DNA of 64,000 nt from the human T2T-CHM13v2.0 reference genome, Homo sapiens. Under the pieces are notes generated by a model that did no database searches, was not told where the DNA came from, and worked only from the letters and a program-made list of their open reading frames with translations. Positions 44,643 to 64,000 of the stretch are shown one piece after another. The position numbers were made by a program, and so were the translations under genes. Where the stretch lies: the NCBI RefSeq assembly GCF_009914755.1, contig NC_060927.1; one strand, given 5' to 3'. Position 1 is the stretch's first letter, and each line of letters starts with the position of its first letter.

Positions 44643-44935
44643 AGAGTGAAGACGAGTACAGCGATGACGATGACATGAGCTGGAAGGTGCGCCGGGCAGC
44701 TGCCAAGTGCATCGCAGCCTTGATCAGCTCGCGGCCTGACCTGCTGCCCGATTTCCACTGCACCCTGGCACCTGTGCTCATCCGCCGCTTCAAAGAACGC
44801 GAGGAGAACGTCAAGGCTGACGTCTTCACTGCTTACATCGTGCTGCTGCGGCAAACACGGCCCCCGAAGGGATGGCTGGAGGCCATGGAGGAACCCACCC
44901 AGACCGGCAGCAACCTCCATATGCTACGTGGACAG
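44643..44935 (+). CDS. CAND2: CAND2 exon 8
   Basis: ccccag|AG; [22 protein letters not shown]...LHMLRGQ; donor CAG|GTGGGC; 293 nt. Confidence 0.95.
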
Positions 44936-45368
44936 GTGGGCGTGCCTTCACCTCCACCCCTACCCCCGATTTGCCTACCCAGCCACTCACTGTTAGTGTC
45001 CCTGGACTTGGAAACTCAGCTGGGAGAACATCCAGCCATGGAAGGGAAGGGAAGGGGTCCCTGGGGTGGGGGGCGGGAGCCAGCCAGGCTTCTGGAGTGT
45101 AGTAGTGACAGCCAGCCTGCCTGAGTGAGCTTGAGCAAGTTGCTTGGTCTCTCTGTACCTGTAAAATGGACGCAGAAAATTTGCCTACTCTCCAAGGGTC
45201 TGTGTGCGGTCACCAAAAGCCTGGCACAGAGTGAGGGACGAGTGCTTGGGAGATATCTTGATGCCGACATCCTCCCTGGGGATGTGTCTGGCAAAGCCTC
45301 CTGGTAGTGGGCAGGTGGGTAGGTTTCTTGGGTGTTCCCTGACCTTGACTTCCCCCTCCTGCCCACAG

Positions 45369-45510
45369 GTGCCCCTTGTGGTCAAGGCCCTGCAGCGGCA
45401 GCTTAAAGATCGGAGCGTCAGAGCCCGCCAGGGATGCTTCAGCCTCCTCACCGAGCTGGCGGGTGTCCTCCCAGGCAGCCTGGCCGAGCATATGCCTGTG
45501 CTGGTATCAG
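45369..45510 (+). CDS. CAND2: CAND2 exon 9
   Basis: cccacag|GTG; [47 protein letters not shown]; donor G|GTAGGC; 142 nt. Confidence 0.95.
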
Positions 45511-45875
45511 GTAGGCTGGACTGCAACCAGGTATCTGCTGTTCTGGGCCACTTCCAGAACCCAGACCCCACCCCTGAGTTGAGCCCCCAGTTCCTGAGAC
45601 AGTCTGAGACCCAATCCCAGGCTCAGTCCCTGGTCAAGAGTCTCCAGTGGCCTCCCACTACCAGCAGTGAGAACAAGGCTGGCTCCAGTGAGTTCCCTGG
45701 ACATGTTTCCCTCAGCCCTGGCCACTGGTCAGGGCTGACTTCTTGGAAACTTCTGCAGAAGAGTTTAGGTGCTTCAGTCCAGCTCAGGCACTTGTAGGTA
45801 CCCCAGCCTTGCTTCCAGGGAGGGCCGTGTTGCATCAGAGGCGGTGGCCTCATAACCTTTGCATTCACCCTGCAG

Positions 45876-47378
45876 GCATCATCTTCTCGCTGGCCGACCG
45901 CTCCAGCTCCTCCACCATCCGGATGGATGCCCTGGCCTTCTTGCAGGGGCTGCTGGGCACCGAACCAGCTGAGGCCTTCCACCCACACTTGCCTATCCTC
46001 CTGCCACCTGTGATGGCCTGTGTGGCTGACCCTTTCTACAAGATTGCAGCCGAGGCCCTGGTGGTGCTGCAGGAGCTGGTGCGGGCCCTGTGGCCGCTGC
46101 ACAGGCCTCGGATGCTGGATCCTGAGCCATATGTTGGAGAGATGTCTGCTGTCACCCTGGCGCGACTTCGTGCCACTGACCTGGACCAGGAGGTGAAGGA
46201 GCGGGCCATTTCCTGCATGGGCCACCTTGTAGGCCACCTGGGTGACCGGCTTGGGGATGACCTGGAGCCCACGTTACTGCTCCTCCTGGACCGCCTGCGG
46301 AATGAGATCACCCGGCTGCCCGCCATCAAGGCGCTTACGCTGGTGGCCGTATCCCCACTACAGCTTGACCTACAGCCCATCCTGGCCGAGGCACTGCACA
46401 TTCTGGCCTCATTCCTGCGGAAGAACCAGCGGGCTTTGCGACTGGCCACACTGGCAGCCCTGGACGCCCTGGCCCAGAGCCAGGGCCTCAGCCTCCCACC
46501 GTCTGCCGTGCAGGCCGTGCTGGCTGAGCTGCCTGCCCTGGTCAACGAGAGCGACATGCATGTGGCCCAGCTGGCTGTGGACTTCCTTGCCACAGTGACC
46601 CAGGCCCAGCCAGCCTCTTTGGTGGAGGTCAGTGGCCCTGTGCTCTCAGAGCTGCTGCGGCTGCTGCGTTCGCCCCTGTTGCCAGCCGGGGTTCTGGCAG
46701 CTGCTGAAGGCTTCCTGCAGGCCCTGGTAGGGACCCGTCCCCCGTGTGTGGACTATGCCAAACTCATCAGCCTGCTCACTGCGCCTGTTTATGAGCAGGC
46801 TGTGGATGGTGGGCCTGGCCTGCATAAGCAGGTGTTCCACTCATTGGCCCGGTGTGTGGCAGCCCTCTCAGCTGCCTGTCCCCAAGAGGCGGCAAGCACA
46901 GCCAGTCGCCTGGTCTGCGATGCCAGGTCGCCCCACTCCAGCACGGGGGTCAAGGTCCTGGCATTCTTGTCGCTGGCTGAGGTGGGTCAGGTGGCTGGGC
47001 CAGGCCCCCAGCGGGAGCTGAAGGCGGTGCTCCTGGAAGCTTTGGGGTCACCCAGTGAGGATGTGAGGGCTGCAGCCTCGTATGCACTGGGCCGTGTGGG
47101 TGCTGGCAGCCTGCCCGACTTCCTGCCCTTCCTGCTGGAGCAGATCGAGGCTGAGCCCCGACGACAGTACCTGCTGCTGCACTCACTCAGGGAGGCCCTG
47201 GGGGCCGCCCAGCCTGACAGCCTGAAGCCCTACGCCGAGGACATCTGGGCCTTGCTGTTCCAGCGCTGCGAGGGTGCTGAGGAGGGCACCCGGGGGGTGG
47301 TGGCCGAGTGCATTGGGAAGCTGGTCCTTGTGAACCCTTCGTTCCTTCTGCCCCGCTTGCGGAAGCAGCTTGCTGCAG
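45876..47378 (+). CDS. CAND2: CAND2 exon 10 (large 1503-nt HEAT-repeat exon)
   Basis: ctgcag|GC; [22 protein letters not shown]...PRLRKQLAA; donor G|GTAGGC. Core of ORF 45743..47548. Confidence 0.97.
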
Positions 47379-49586
47379 GTAGGCACACAGGTGTGGGCAA
47401 GGCAGCCCACCTCGGAGGTGGGCAGTTTGCCACTGAGCATCCAGGCAGCTGGGGCAGAGTGAGCTATTTCAAGTCACTGGATACAAGAATCACGGTATCT
47501 ATGCGACAGAGGCAAGGAAGCTACAGAGGAACACACAGTGATACCTGAGACTTAAAGCCTTCCTCCTATGGGACTGTGGGATAGAAGGGACAGAGTCCTT
47601 GATTGGTCCCTACAACAAATACATTTAAAAATCTCATGATGTTGGCTAGGCATGGTGGCACATGTCTGTAATCCCAGCACTTTGGGGAGGCTGAGGTGGG
47701 TGGATCACTTGAGCCTAGGAGTTTGAGACCAGCCTGGGCAACATGGTGAGACCCTGCCTCTACCAAAAAAAAAACAAAACAAAAAACCTCATGATGCCAA
47801 CTTCATAATCCTTGATGTGGACAGTAGCTTAGTGCTCCACACAGAGGTCAACAAAAACAGTTTTCCCAGTAGCCGTAGACTGCAGCCTGCAGAGGGTCAG
47901 CTCTTTCGGCTAGCCTGAGCCAAGAGCAGACGTCAGTATAGACGGGGACAGGCTGACATGCCCCCGAGGCTTGGAGAGGGCTGGGCAAGAACCAGGAGGG
48001 GCAGGCGTTTTGGCTTGTCGTGTTTTGGCACACCAGGTGTCTTAGCTTCAGGAGGTGGAAAGCAGACAGGTAGGGTCATCAGGCTCCTAGGAAAATGAGA
48101 GTTCCCAGAATGAAAGGCCAGTGGGCTTCGAGCTGGCCAGCTGGCCCCTTACAGAACCAGTGGATGCTCTGCTTGACAGAATGCAGGTACAGTGTTTGGT
48201 AACCTATGTGGTACCTACAGTAATTAATACTGAGTAAATCAAGAGCTGCTGTTGTTACTAGGTAGGTTAGTGATTTCAGTTAAGGCCTTCTTGGGTTGCT
48301 GGGTTCGTAAGAAGCAGTTGTCTGGCCTCAGGACTGGATGGAAGAACATTGTTGAGGACACTGTCTATTACATCACACAACCTTGAGAGACGAGAGTGTT
48401 AAGATGCAGAGGAGCCCTGCTTTGCCTAAACACCTATTTGTTTCTATCTCACGTGCACTGTTGAACCAGCCACCCGGTCACATTTCCTTTTTAGCACCAA
48501 CTGCTGGGAAGCTTAGAGCCAGATGAGTGGTCTGCTTCTAGTAGGTTCCTGGGACTTCCTTATTGATGCTCTCTGTACATCTTCCTGCTAGTCTCCTTCT
48601 CACCTCCCTGCCTTCAGTCGTCCTTGGCCTTGTTCTTGTTTTCAGTTCACTTAATCTTACTCTCTTGTGCCTGTCTTCATCAGCCACCCTAAATCTTCCT
48701 GGGAGCCAGTCAGGCTGGCAAGGGAAAGAGGTAAAAGCTGAAAGTCTGAATTCAGTAACTCTTCCATTCATTCATGCCTTAGCACCAAATGGTAAACTTT
48801 TCCTCGAGGCTGAACATAAAGCCTGTGGGGTGGAAACACCTTAGCCCATTCACTGCATTGTGCTGGGGTTAGGCAGGGAGCAAAGGGGGCGAGCCACTGA
48901 GGAGAGATTCAGACGCAGGTGGAGCGTCCACCCATTCGTTTCCTTCATTAAGGGAATGTACTTCCCCTTTTTACTGGGCTTCTCTACTCGGAAAGCAAGC
49001 GGCAAAGCACAAGTAAGCAAGCTCTCTGTGACCGAGCCTGGAGGTGATCCGAGTTCTGTTAGGCCTCCCTGACCACCAGCCAGAACGCAGCCCCAGGAAG
49101 AGGGGCCCAGCCAGGAATTCTGGATCTGCTGTGTGGCCCTAGACATGAACTTAAACCCTCTGAGTCTCTCTTTCCTCATATGTCAAAGAGATGATTTTTA
49201 TTGGTGATTTTATTGGTTCTTTTAATACTACTTTATTATTAATAGGATCATTGTTAGGACTCATTGAGATAACATGTCTGAAAAATCCCAAGGCCTGAGG
49301 GAAGGTCTTTGTTGGAGCAGTTCCTGTCTTGGTTATTGGTTCCCTGTTTGCAGCCTGTGGTGTTACCTGAGCACTGGCAGTCCTACTGTTTCAGCTGCAG
49401 CAGGAAGAATTGAGGGGAGATTCAAGGCTGCCAAGGGAAATGGTAGAATCCACTTTCCCAGAGATGGGGAGGGGGTACAGTTCTGTTTTCCAGGGAAGCA
49501 GGGGGAGGAGCCTAAGCACCTTCTGATCTGTGAGCCTCCAGGATTGGCCCCTGCCCCTCACTAACTCACCTCTTCTTGTCCTGCAG

Positions 49587-49682
49587 GCCGGCCACACACC
49601 CGGAGCACCATCATCACAGCGGTCAAGTTCCTTATCTCGGACCAGCCCCATCCCATTGACCCCCTCCTGAAGAGCTTCATCG
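49587..49682 (+). CDS. CAND2: CAND2 exon 11
   Basis: CTAAC branch motif plus pyrimidine tract, ctgcag|GC; [31 protein letters not shown]; donor G|GTGAGC; 96 nt. Confidence 0.95.
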
Positions 49683-50436
49683 GTGAGCACCTACCTCTTG
49701 CCCCTCCACCTTGTTCAGTGCCCCCACCCAGTCCTTGAGCTTGGGCTGATGTTTACTACCCAATAGCCAAGGGCAATGGGAGACCCGGGAGGTGTGCCCA
49801 TGATGGGCAGCAGGGCCTGGCCCTCCAGTTAAAAGGCCTGGGTTCACATCCCTGCCTTCCTACTGCCACTCAATCATGGGTGGGTGTGGCATGCCCATCA
49901 CACCTCTAAGCCTCGCTTTCCTCATCTGTCAAATGGGCGTGAGAAACTCTTATTATCTGCATTTTCTAGAGTTGTCCTGGAAGCCCATGGGCAACTGAGG
50001 GAGAAGATGCTTCATCAACATATAGACTCTTGGGAATGGAAAACCACCAGCCTCTCACATGCCTTAGCTTTTGCGGGCCCCAAAGTGGGGCAGGGAAGAG
50101 TGCTCCCCCCGGCCCCGCCTGTCCACTAGATCGCCCTCTGTCTGAGGGGCCTTCTGGCCTGAGGAGCCCAAGCAGCCTTCACTGGGAGGAGAGGAACTGA
50201 GACCTCCCTCTGGGGCTCGGCAGGACCACTGGGTTTTTCCTAGGAAGGCAGAGCCCTCACCCCTTCAGAGCTTGGAGCCTGCAGCCCCTCACTGGGCCAC
50301 ACTGGAGTCTCAGCCCACATCTAGGCAGGGCAGCCCAGTAGAGAGAGGTTTTGGAGCTCACCTGCCTCAGGTTCAAATCCTGGCCCTGCTATTCCCTGGG
50401 TGTGTGAGTGTGGACAAGTCTTCTCATCCTCAGCTA

Positions 50437-54717
<4,281 letters not shown>

Positions 54718-54982
54718 TTACAGATGAGGACATTGAGGTTCTCCAAGGTCCCACAGTAAATTGGTAGAGCTGGAATGGAAGCCACATCAGCTCAAGCCCA
54801 CATTCTTATCTGGCCTTTGAAGGGTTGTTTGTGCCTGGCACAAAGTAGATGCTCACCACACCCAGCTTACCCCCATTCAGCCAGTTCTGCACGTGCACAG
54901 TAACCAGATGGCCGGGGTGGTGAGGGAGGTGACTTTGTGCTTTGGCTGTGCATCCCCCACGCCCCTCATGTTCTTCTGCCAG

Positions 54983-55152
54983 GAGAGTTCATGGAGAGCC
55001 TGCAGGACCCAGACCTGAACGTGCGCCGTGCGACTCTGGCTTTCTTCAACTCAGCTGTGCACAACAAGCCCTCGCTAGTCCGGGACCTGCTGGATGACAT
55101 CCTGCCCCTCCTCTACCAGGAGACAAAGATCCGGCGGGACCTCATCCGAGAG
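54983..55152 (+). CDS. CAND2: CAND2 exon 12
   Basis: tgccag|GA; [56 protein letters not shown]; donor GAG|GTGTGG; 170 nt. Confidence 0.95.
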
Positions 55153-55824
55153 GTGTGGAGCAGAGCTGGGGACCCAGGGGAAGCTGGGGGTGATGCCACC
55201 TCTCATGCCTCACTGTTAGGGCATTATTATCTCATCAGAGCAGGTGCCGGGGCCACATGGCCTGGGTCAAGTCCTGCCCTGACTCCGAGCTGTGGGACCC
55301 CAGCCAGGGCAACCTGATCCTCTCTGAGCCTCAGTTTCTCCTCGTGAGCACATGAGGGTGCTAATTGTGTCTGCGTCATAGGGTTGCTGCAACAATTTGG
55401 TGAGTGAGGTCCTGTAAGTGTTCAGAACCACCGCAGGCACACAGCCAGCGCTCAGTAAATGTTGATGTTTGACAGGTGTTCACTGAACATCTGCACTGAG
55501 CCCAAGTGCCAGGACTCAGAGTTGGGCCTGACTGGGTTTCTGCCACCAAGGAGTTCATCGTGGCCCCCTAAAGGACAGAGATGCCAACTCTGCTGATTAC
55601 AGACAGCCCCCGCCTTACAATGGTTCAACTTTACAATGGTGCAAAAGCAGTAGCGTTCAGCAGGCTCCTCACCTTATGATGGGATTGCTTCTGGAAGCCA
55701 ACTTACAATGGACCTATTGTGATGTAATCCCATCATACACCAAGGAGCAGCTGCGTTTCACTTAGAGCCCACCTGGTAAAGGAAGGATTCGGGGGCAGAG
55801 GTTAAAGGTGATTTAGTAAGTTTG

Positions 55825-57571
<1,747 letters not shown>

Positions 57572-57841
57572 AGCGAGCTGCATCTCTTCGTGTTGTGACC
57601 TGAAAGAGCTCCAAGCCCCAATGTTGAGTGGCAAGAGCTAGTTCCAGAAGTTAGGACCATTTTCTTAACAGACAGAGTGAGTCTGGGGCTGGTGGAGACG
57701 TCGGTTTCTTCAATTTATATCTTTCTATATCATTTTTTTAAATGTTAAAGTTTATTCACATATATGATAGAAATCATTTAATTGTGGCGAAATATTAATA
57801 ATACAAGTTACTATCTTCAGTAACTTACTATCTGCAGGTGA

Positions 57842-58087
<246 letters not shown>

Positions 58088-58616
58088 TAATCTGCCTGCC
58101 CTGGCCTCCCAAAGTGCTGGGATTACAGGTGTGAGCCACTGCGCCAGGCTCCATCTTCACTATTTTAAAGTGCACAGCACAGTGGCAGTAAGCACATTCA
58201 CATTGCGGTGCAGCCGTCACCACTGTCCATCTCAGAACTCTTTTCTCCTTCCCAAACTGAAAACTGCACCCATTCAACACTCTATGAATTTGACTACTCT
58301 AGGTTTCTGCCCTTGTAAGTGGAATCATACAGTATTTGTCCTTTTGTGACCAACTTGTTTCACTTAGTCTGATGTCCTCAAGGTTCATCCATGTTGCAGC
58401 ATGTCAGAATTTCCCAGTGTTGTATGTACAGACCACCAGTTTGTTTACCCATTCATCCATCGCTGGACAAATATTTGGGTGTTCCCAGCTTCTGGCTATT
58501 ATGAGTAATGCGACTGTGAACCTAGGTGTTCCGATATCCTTTGGAATCCTGCCTTCAGTTCTCTTCACTTTACCCAGAAGTGAAATTGCTGGATCATACG
58601 GCAATTCTGTGTTTAA

Positions 58617-58778
<162 letters not shown>

Positions 58779-58866
58779 TGAGTAGCTGGGATTACAGATG
58801 TGCACCACCACGCTCGGCTAATTTTTATATGTTTTAGTAGAGACAGGGTTTCGCCATGTTGGCTAG

Positions 58867-59016
<150 letters not shown>

Positions 59017-60973
59017 TAATACAAAGTAATCAAAAGTAACCCATACTTGTTTTAAAAGATTTACACAAGATGAAAGCAAATAAAGAAGCAAGTAATAATC
59101 ACCCAAAAGCTTCTCCACACCCAGAGAGGCCTGCTGTCTCAGTGTGTTTCTTGGGATGATGCACATAGACCCTCATTCATTAGTCAGCCAGTATTAAGTG
59201 AGTGCCAACACGCCAAGGTCAATGTGAGAGGTGGGGTCCCTGTTCTCAAAGCTGTGGAGATGAGTTTATGAGACCTGTTTTCTAGAAATGGGATCACACA
59301 CATGCTGTTTTTTTCCCCAGCCTTTTAACTTACATTTACTGTATGTTGTTTGCTTTGCTTTTCAATATATATCAGTCCTGTCAACAGCTGCAGGAGTTCC
59401 CATTTCTGTTGCACTCACTGCTACACATGTATGTTATTTGCACATTTTCACAATTACAGACAATGCTGCTGTGAACACCCTGGTGCATTACTGTGACCCA
59501 CGGTGTGATCGGTGGGCTTCTAGGGTGGAGTGCATGTTCCTGCTAAAGCATCCGATGCGCGTGGTGAGGCTGCACCTCCTGCAGCGGGCGTGCCTCTGAC
59601 CACTCCAGACTTGGAGTTCCTGGGACGCTCCTTCCTGCACTTCCTGTCTGCCTGTCTCCCCCTCGGCTTTATTATTGCTTTAAACTCTTGCTTCCTGCCA
59701 ACCCCCAAGAAAGAGAAAAGAAGAAACAACATAAGTTCTCTGGGATTCCAGCCCCAAGATCTTGGTTGAGAAAGGGGGTTGGGTTTTCCAGTGTATGCCA
59801 TGCAAACTAGTGGAAAATGATGGGGCGCACAAAGCTGAACAGGACTTTCCACCACAGGGTTCCGGGAGGCTCCAGACGGGAGGGGTGTACTCAGCTTCCA
59901 TCATCTGGGTGTGCCTGGTATTAGGCATCTTGTGGGGCTACTGACCCCAGGACACAGAGTGAGGAGTTCTGGGCCAGCCCAAAGCTCCACCTTGTGGGGA
60001 TTTTTCTCCAGGATCGAGCAAGTCTGTTTCTTCCATCCAGTCTGGCCATATCCTCTCATGCCTGCCCTCCAGGAGCGCAGGACAGGGCCTAGGCACCAGT
60101 GCAGCCTTGGAGTCCACTCTGCTGCCACCCCCTGGGGTGAGGAGGGTGGGTGTTACAGCTATAGAGCCCACAGCTTTGCGTCATCAAGTCTTCAAGTGAG
60201 CCTTTAGAGAGGGAGTGAACACCGCCCAGTTCACAGGGGAGACGGAATCTTGTCTAGTTCTAGGGCACAGGGTCATGGAGTAGCCAAGAGTCATAGCTCC
60301 TGAAGTCCAGCACCGCTGCTCCTTGCTGCCGTGGGCTGGGCCTCCTCCTTTGCTGTGGGGCTTAGGGGTCAGGGTGTGGAGATGGGTAGGGCGTGGGGAT
60401 TTCAGACAACCAGTCTTTATGGTGTGCAAGGCTTCTTTGTGAGGACTTGACTATTTTCAAAAGACAGGACAATTATTCCCCTACAGGCTGAATCTAGGCC
60501 TGCAGCCATGTTTAGTTGTTGTTAAAAGTTTTTGTTTGGTTTTGAAATCAGGTGTCAACATTTAAAAATCGAGACTTTTTTTTTACATGAAAATTGGGAT
60601 TTCTTTTGAAAACAATCCAGTGGCCCCAAGCTACATGTTTGCACTCCCACCTGGCCACACTCAGCCAGAGCTGCCCCAGCAGCCCCCTTCACTCATCCCC
60701 AGCATCTGCCTGACTGGTGGGCATCTGAGCTTGAGAACGACTCCCTCCCTGGTGCTTTTCTGATCCTCCTTGGGTCATCCAAGTGTAGTTGGCAAAGAAA
60801 GTGTCACCATTTGAGGAAACAGACCCAGAGAGGGAGAGACTCTGGCAGGACTTCACGGTGGTCTGAACTTGGGCTTCAGGTTTCAGTTGTGGGGCCTCTG
60901 CTCTTTCCCAGGGCTGGCTGCTGCTCTTGCTCCTGCACCATTTCACTAAGAACCATCTCCTTCCTCTGGGCAG

Positions 60974-61081
60974 ATGCTGACCTTCATCATGGTTGCCCGG
61001 CTGGCCACCCTGTGTCCTGCACCTGTCCTGCAGAGGGTGGACCGACTCATTGAGCCACTAAGGGCCACCTGCACTGCCAAG
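60974..61081 (+). CDS. CAND2: CAND2 exon 14
   Basis: gggcag|ATG; [36 protein letters not shown]; donor AAG|GTAAGT; 108 nt. Confidence 0.96.
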
Positions 61082-63263
61082 GTAAGTCCCTGGCCCAGCC
61101 CTAGCCCAGGCCCTGGAGCACCTATGGAGTCCTCGGCCAGTCGTTCAGTTACCCTTACTGAGCACTTCCTGCAGTGCAGGTGATGTTGTGAAAGTGCTTC
61201 ATTTAATCATTGTCATTGCCCTATAAAGTACCTCTTATTATCATTGTATACACAGGGGAACAGAGGCTTTGAGAGGTTGTTATTGGCCAAGGCTACACAG
61301 CTAGTAAATTGCAGAGCTGGATTCAGACCCACCTCTGTCTCTCCTTCCATTCATTAAACACTTCCTGGGTGCTGAGCCTCGTGGGAGATACTAAAGATGT
61401 AACATTGAGCCTGATAGGTTCCCTACTGTCAATCTCTCACCTCCTTGTTGGGAAGCTGGGTCAGATGACTGGTCTAGGACAAAGCTGCTGCTAGACTGGA
61501 GTGCCTGAAGGGTCTGGAGGAGGGATGTGGGGTGCAAGCCCTCATGGAAAGCTGGCGTTGGGAGCAGAGCCTGGCGCACCTACGTGGTACCTAGTAAATA
61601 CCTGTTGAATGAAAGAATACATTTGGGTTTTTTAAGGATGGGAATCATTACCAAAAGGAGAGCAGTGTTTTAGGTTGGCACTTAAAGAGGAGAGATACCC
61701 ATAAAGTGGTGATTTTCAAAAATGAAATCTTCTGTGGATAAAACACTAAAATTGGTAGTTTATTCATAGAAACCTGCCTTGTAAGTTTACATTTTTAACA
61801 TATGCTTATTATTGAGTCCATCCAAAAAAACACTTCTACAGGGCCAGGCCAGTTTTGACAGTCTCTCATTTCTGGTTTTCTCTGAGCTCTATGGCACCAA
61901 GAAAAGTCCCAGTTCTTAAGAGGGAGGTATATATGGCACTGCAGTGCCAGAACATTCTTGCAGTAAAGCCGAGGTGGCAAGAGAAGCTCTGCCCTGAGTT
62001 TCCACAAGAGCCACTCATCTGGCCACGCGGAGGATGCTGTCTGTTGGGCATTGGGATGAGCATGGGTAAATCCACACCCACAGTCCTTACCCATGACCCT
62101 GAAATCTACCAAGCTCTGACAACCAAAAGCTTTTTAGGAACCTGTTTGTCACACAACTTGACTTGAAGTGGCATGAGGCTATGATCTTTAATTCTTACCA
62201 ATGTACCACTTTTATATAAGGGACTTGATCATCTGAGGATTTTGGCATCCCCTGGGATCCTGGAACCAAACTCCCATGGATACTGAGGGACACCTGTACT
62301 ACTCACATTACTCATACATGTAGTAGAGTATTCATGTATTTGATTACAGGGTATTGTACAAAACCCCTCGGGAATGTTATCTGCACAGTATTACCTTTCT
62401 AAAACCCAAAATGTCTTGGATTCCAAAGCACATCTGGCTCCAGGGGTTTCAGAGAAGGGAGTGTGGACTTGTGTCGTTTAATCCTCTTGGCAACTCTTAC
62501 GACGAGGCAGCTCTTACTTATAGATGGGGAAATGAGGCTCAAAGATGTAGTTACCTGAAGTCACAGCTCTTGGGGGCAGAGCCATTTGAACACAGGACTC
62601 TGCAACTCCAATGCCAAGCTGTTACCCACTGCATTGAATTCTTTAGGAAGAGCCCAGCATAATAAGGAACTTGAACTTTAGTCCATAAGCAGTGGAGGAA
62701 TTACTGAGCTCCTCTGCCTAGGTAGGAGATGGTGGGGGAAGAGGAAACAGAAACTGCAGGAGGTAGTTTGGGGTGCTTACACTCCGGCTGCATCTGCAAA
62801 ACTGATTGCGGGGCAGGGACTTGAGTATGGGGAGGAGGCTGCTAGAAGACCATCGCAGTGATCCATTCATTCAGTCTAGTCATATGGTGCTAAGAGCTGG
62901 TTTTAAGCACAGCAAATATAGGCTGGATCCCTGCGGTCTGTAGGAGGTAAGTATGGGAACACAGTACTTGCCACTGTCAATTAACAAAAAGCGAGCACTT
63001 CAGATTGGCTGCTCAGAGGCCCCTCAGGCTGTACTCAAGCTGATTTGAATGGCAAAGAACCTCTGTGGGGAAACTAGCCAGTGCAAAAGCCCAGAGGTGG
63101 AGTTAGGAAATAGCTGGTGAGACAGAAGCCTCAGGAGACCTCGCAGCAGGGATTTATGTTGGGGAAGATGATGGGGCAGAGAGGAAGCCAAAGACCAGTG
63201 AGGAGGCAGTGGTGTGGGCCAGGCTCAATAAAGGATGGCTGCTTCTGCTGTTTCCTACTTTAG

Positions 63264-63491
63264 GTCAAAGCTGGTTCTGTGAAGCAGGAGTTTGAAAAGC
63301 AAGATGAACTGAAGCGCTCTGCAATGAGGGCAGTGGCTGCCCTGCTGACCATCCCCGAGGTGGGGAAAAGCCCCATCATGGCCGACTTCTCTTCCCAAAT
63401 CAGATCCAACCCTGAACTTGCTGCCCTCTTTGAAAGCATCCAGAAGGATTCCACTTCAGCCCCCAGCACAGACTCAATGGAGCTCAGCTAG
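63264..63491 (+). CDS. CAND2: CAND2 exon 15 (coding part, stop TAG)
   Basis: ctttag|GTC; [24 protein letters not shown]...STDSMELS*; 228 nt. Confidence 0.96.
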   Translation, partial: VKAGSVKQEFEKQDELKRSAMRAVAALLTIPEVGKSPIMADFSSQIRSNPELAALFESIQKDSTSAPSTDSMELS

Positions 63492-64000
63492 TCCCCTCAG
63501 CACCAAGGTGGGCCCTCGCTTAAGAGAAAGGAGCCCACCCAAGTCCGAGGCCTCCCCATCCCACCATCGCAGGTCTCTACTTTTGCCCTTCCACCATCTC
63601 ACTGGGGGCCCTGTCGCTCCTGGTCAGGGCTTACAGTGCCTTCTCCAGGGACCCAACTCAAAGGCCCCCAGCCCAAGCTGTGAGGCTGCCAACAGTTGGG
63701 CCCCTTCCTTAACTCAGGACAGTCATCCAAAGAAATAGGGTGAGGAAGTTTTCCAGTGACTTCACACTGTACCCCTCCATAGTCTGTCTGGTTCCTTCAG
63801 AGGGTGTCTCTGCCTCACAAACTAGTAGTATTTAGAAATAGGCTGTGCTGTCAGCTGTAAAAGATCAGGAGGCAGCAGACACCACTCTGGTTTCTTCACT
63901 GCATTCAGCAATGCCTGAAGTTAGTGCTCAGGCCGGGCATCTCAAAAGAAAAGATACTTGAGTTATTCACATTTTAAAATTCAAAACGGTTCATTTTTAA
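63492..64000 (+). other. CAND2: CAND2 3' UTR (probably runs past the window end)
   Basis: Unique sequence after the stop codon; I saw no AATAAA before 64000. Confidence 0.75.

Noticed and set aside
44639-44646. Tandem AG-AG-AG at the exon 8 acceptor
   Set aside because: 2-nt spacing is not NAGNAG. Only the first AG keeps the frame.
45623-47440. Antisense ORFs over exon 10 (such as 46036..46593 and 45623..46237)
   Set aside because: Shadow frames of GC-rich coding sequence, with no independent promoter, splice or homology evidence.
47379-47548. Read-through of exon 10 to the stop at 47548 as a terminal exon
   Set aside because: There is a good donor at 47378/47379, exon 11 continues in phase, and I noted no adjacent poly(A) signal.
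54980-54985. CAGGAG NAGNAG at the exon 12 acceptor
   Set aside because: A distal GAG is a very poor acceptor, and the effect would be loss of a single Gly.
63227-63232. AATAAA just upstream of the last exon
   Set aside because: It lies in the branch/acceptor zone of intron 14, and nothing else supports intronic polyadenylation there.

Overview
Human genomic DNA; an AluYb8 element indicates human origin. The window holds the complete coding region of CAND2 (cullin-associated NEDD8-dissociated protein 2 / TIP120B) on the + strand. I rebuilt 15 coding exons by hand from ATG 26211 to stop 63491. All introns are GT-AG, all phases are consistent, and the exons sum to 3711 nt, or 1236 aa. The ~26 kb upstream is intergenic and dominated by transposons: a solo LTR13-type ERVK LTR, ERV1/MLT2/THE1 LTRs, L1M relics and dense Alus. 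It also holds a disabled processed KRT18 pseudogene on the - strand. Almost all other ORFs in the supplied track are Alu/L1 read-throughs or antisense shadows. I found no new multi-gene biological system. The best leads are: an AluYb8 that appears to have replaced half of an older Alu; a stop-free 150-nt intron; an in-frame cryptic-exon candidate in intron 10; an exact 27-bp direct repeat flanking the exon carrying the beta-hairpin; duplicated donor/GC-box units after exon 5; muscle/cardiac enhancer motif clusters in intron 1; and what looks like a non-reference missense haplotype. Repeat family names are from recall of consensus sequences and repeat boundaries are approximate unless a TSD is quoted.
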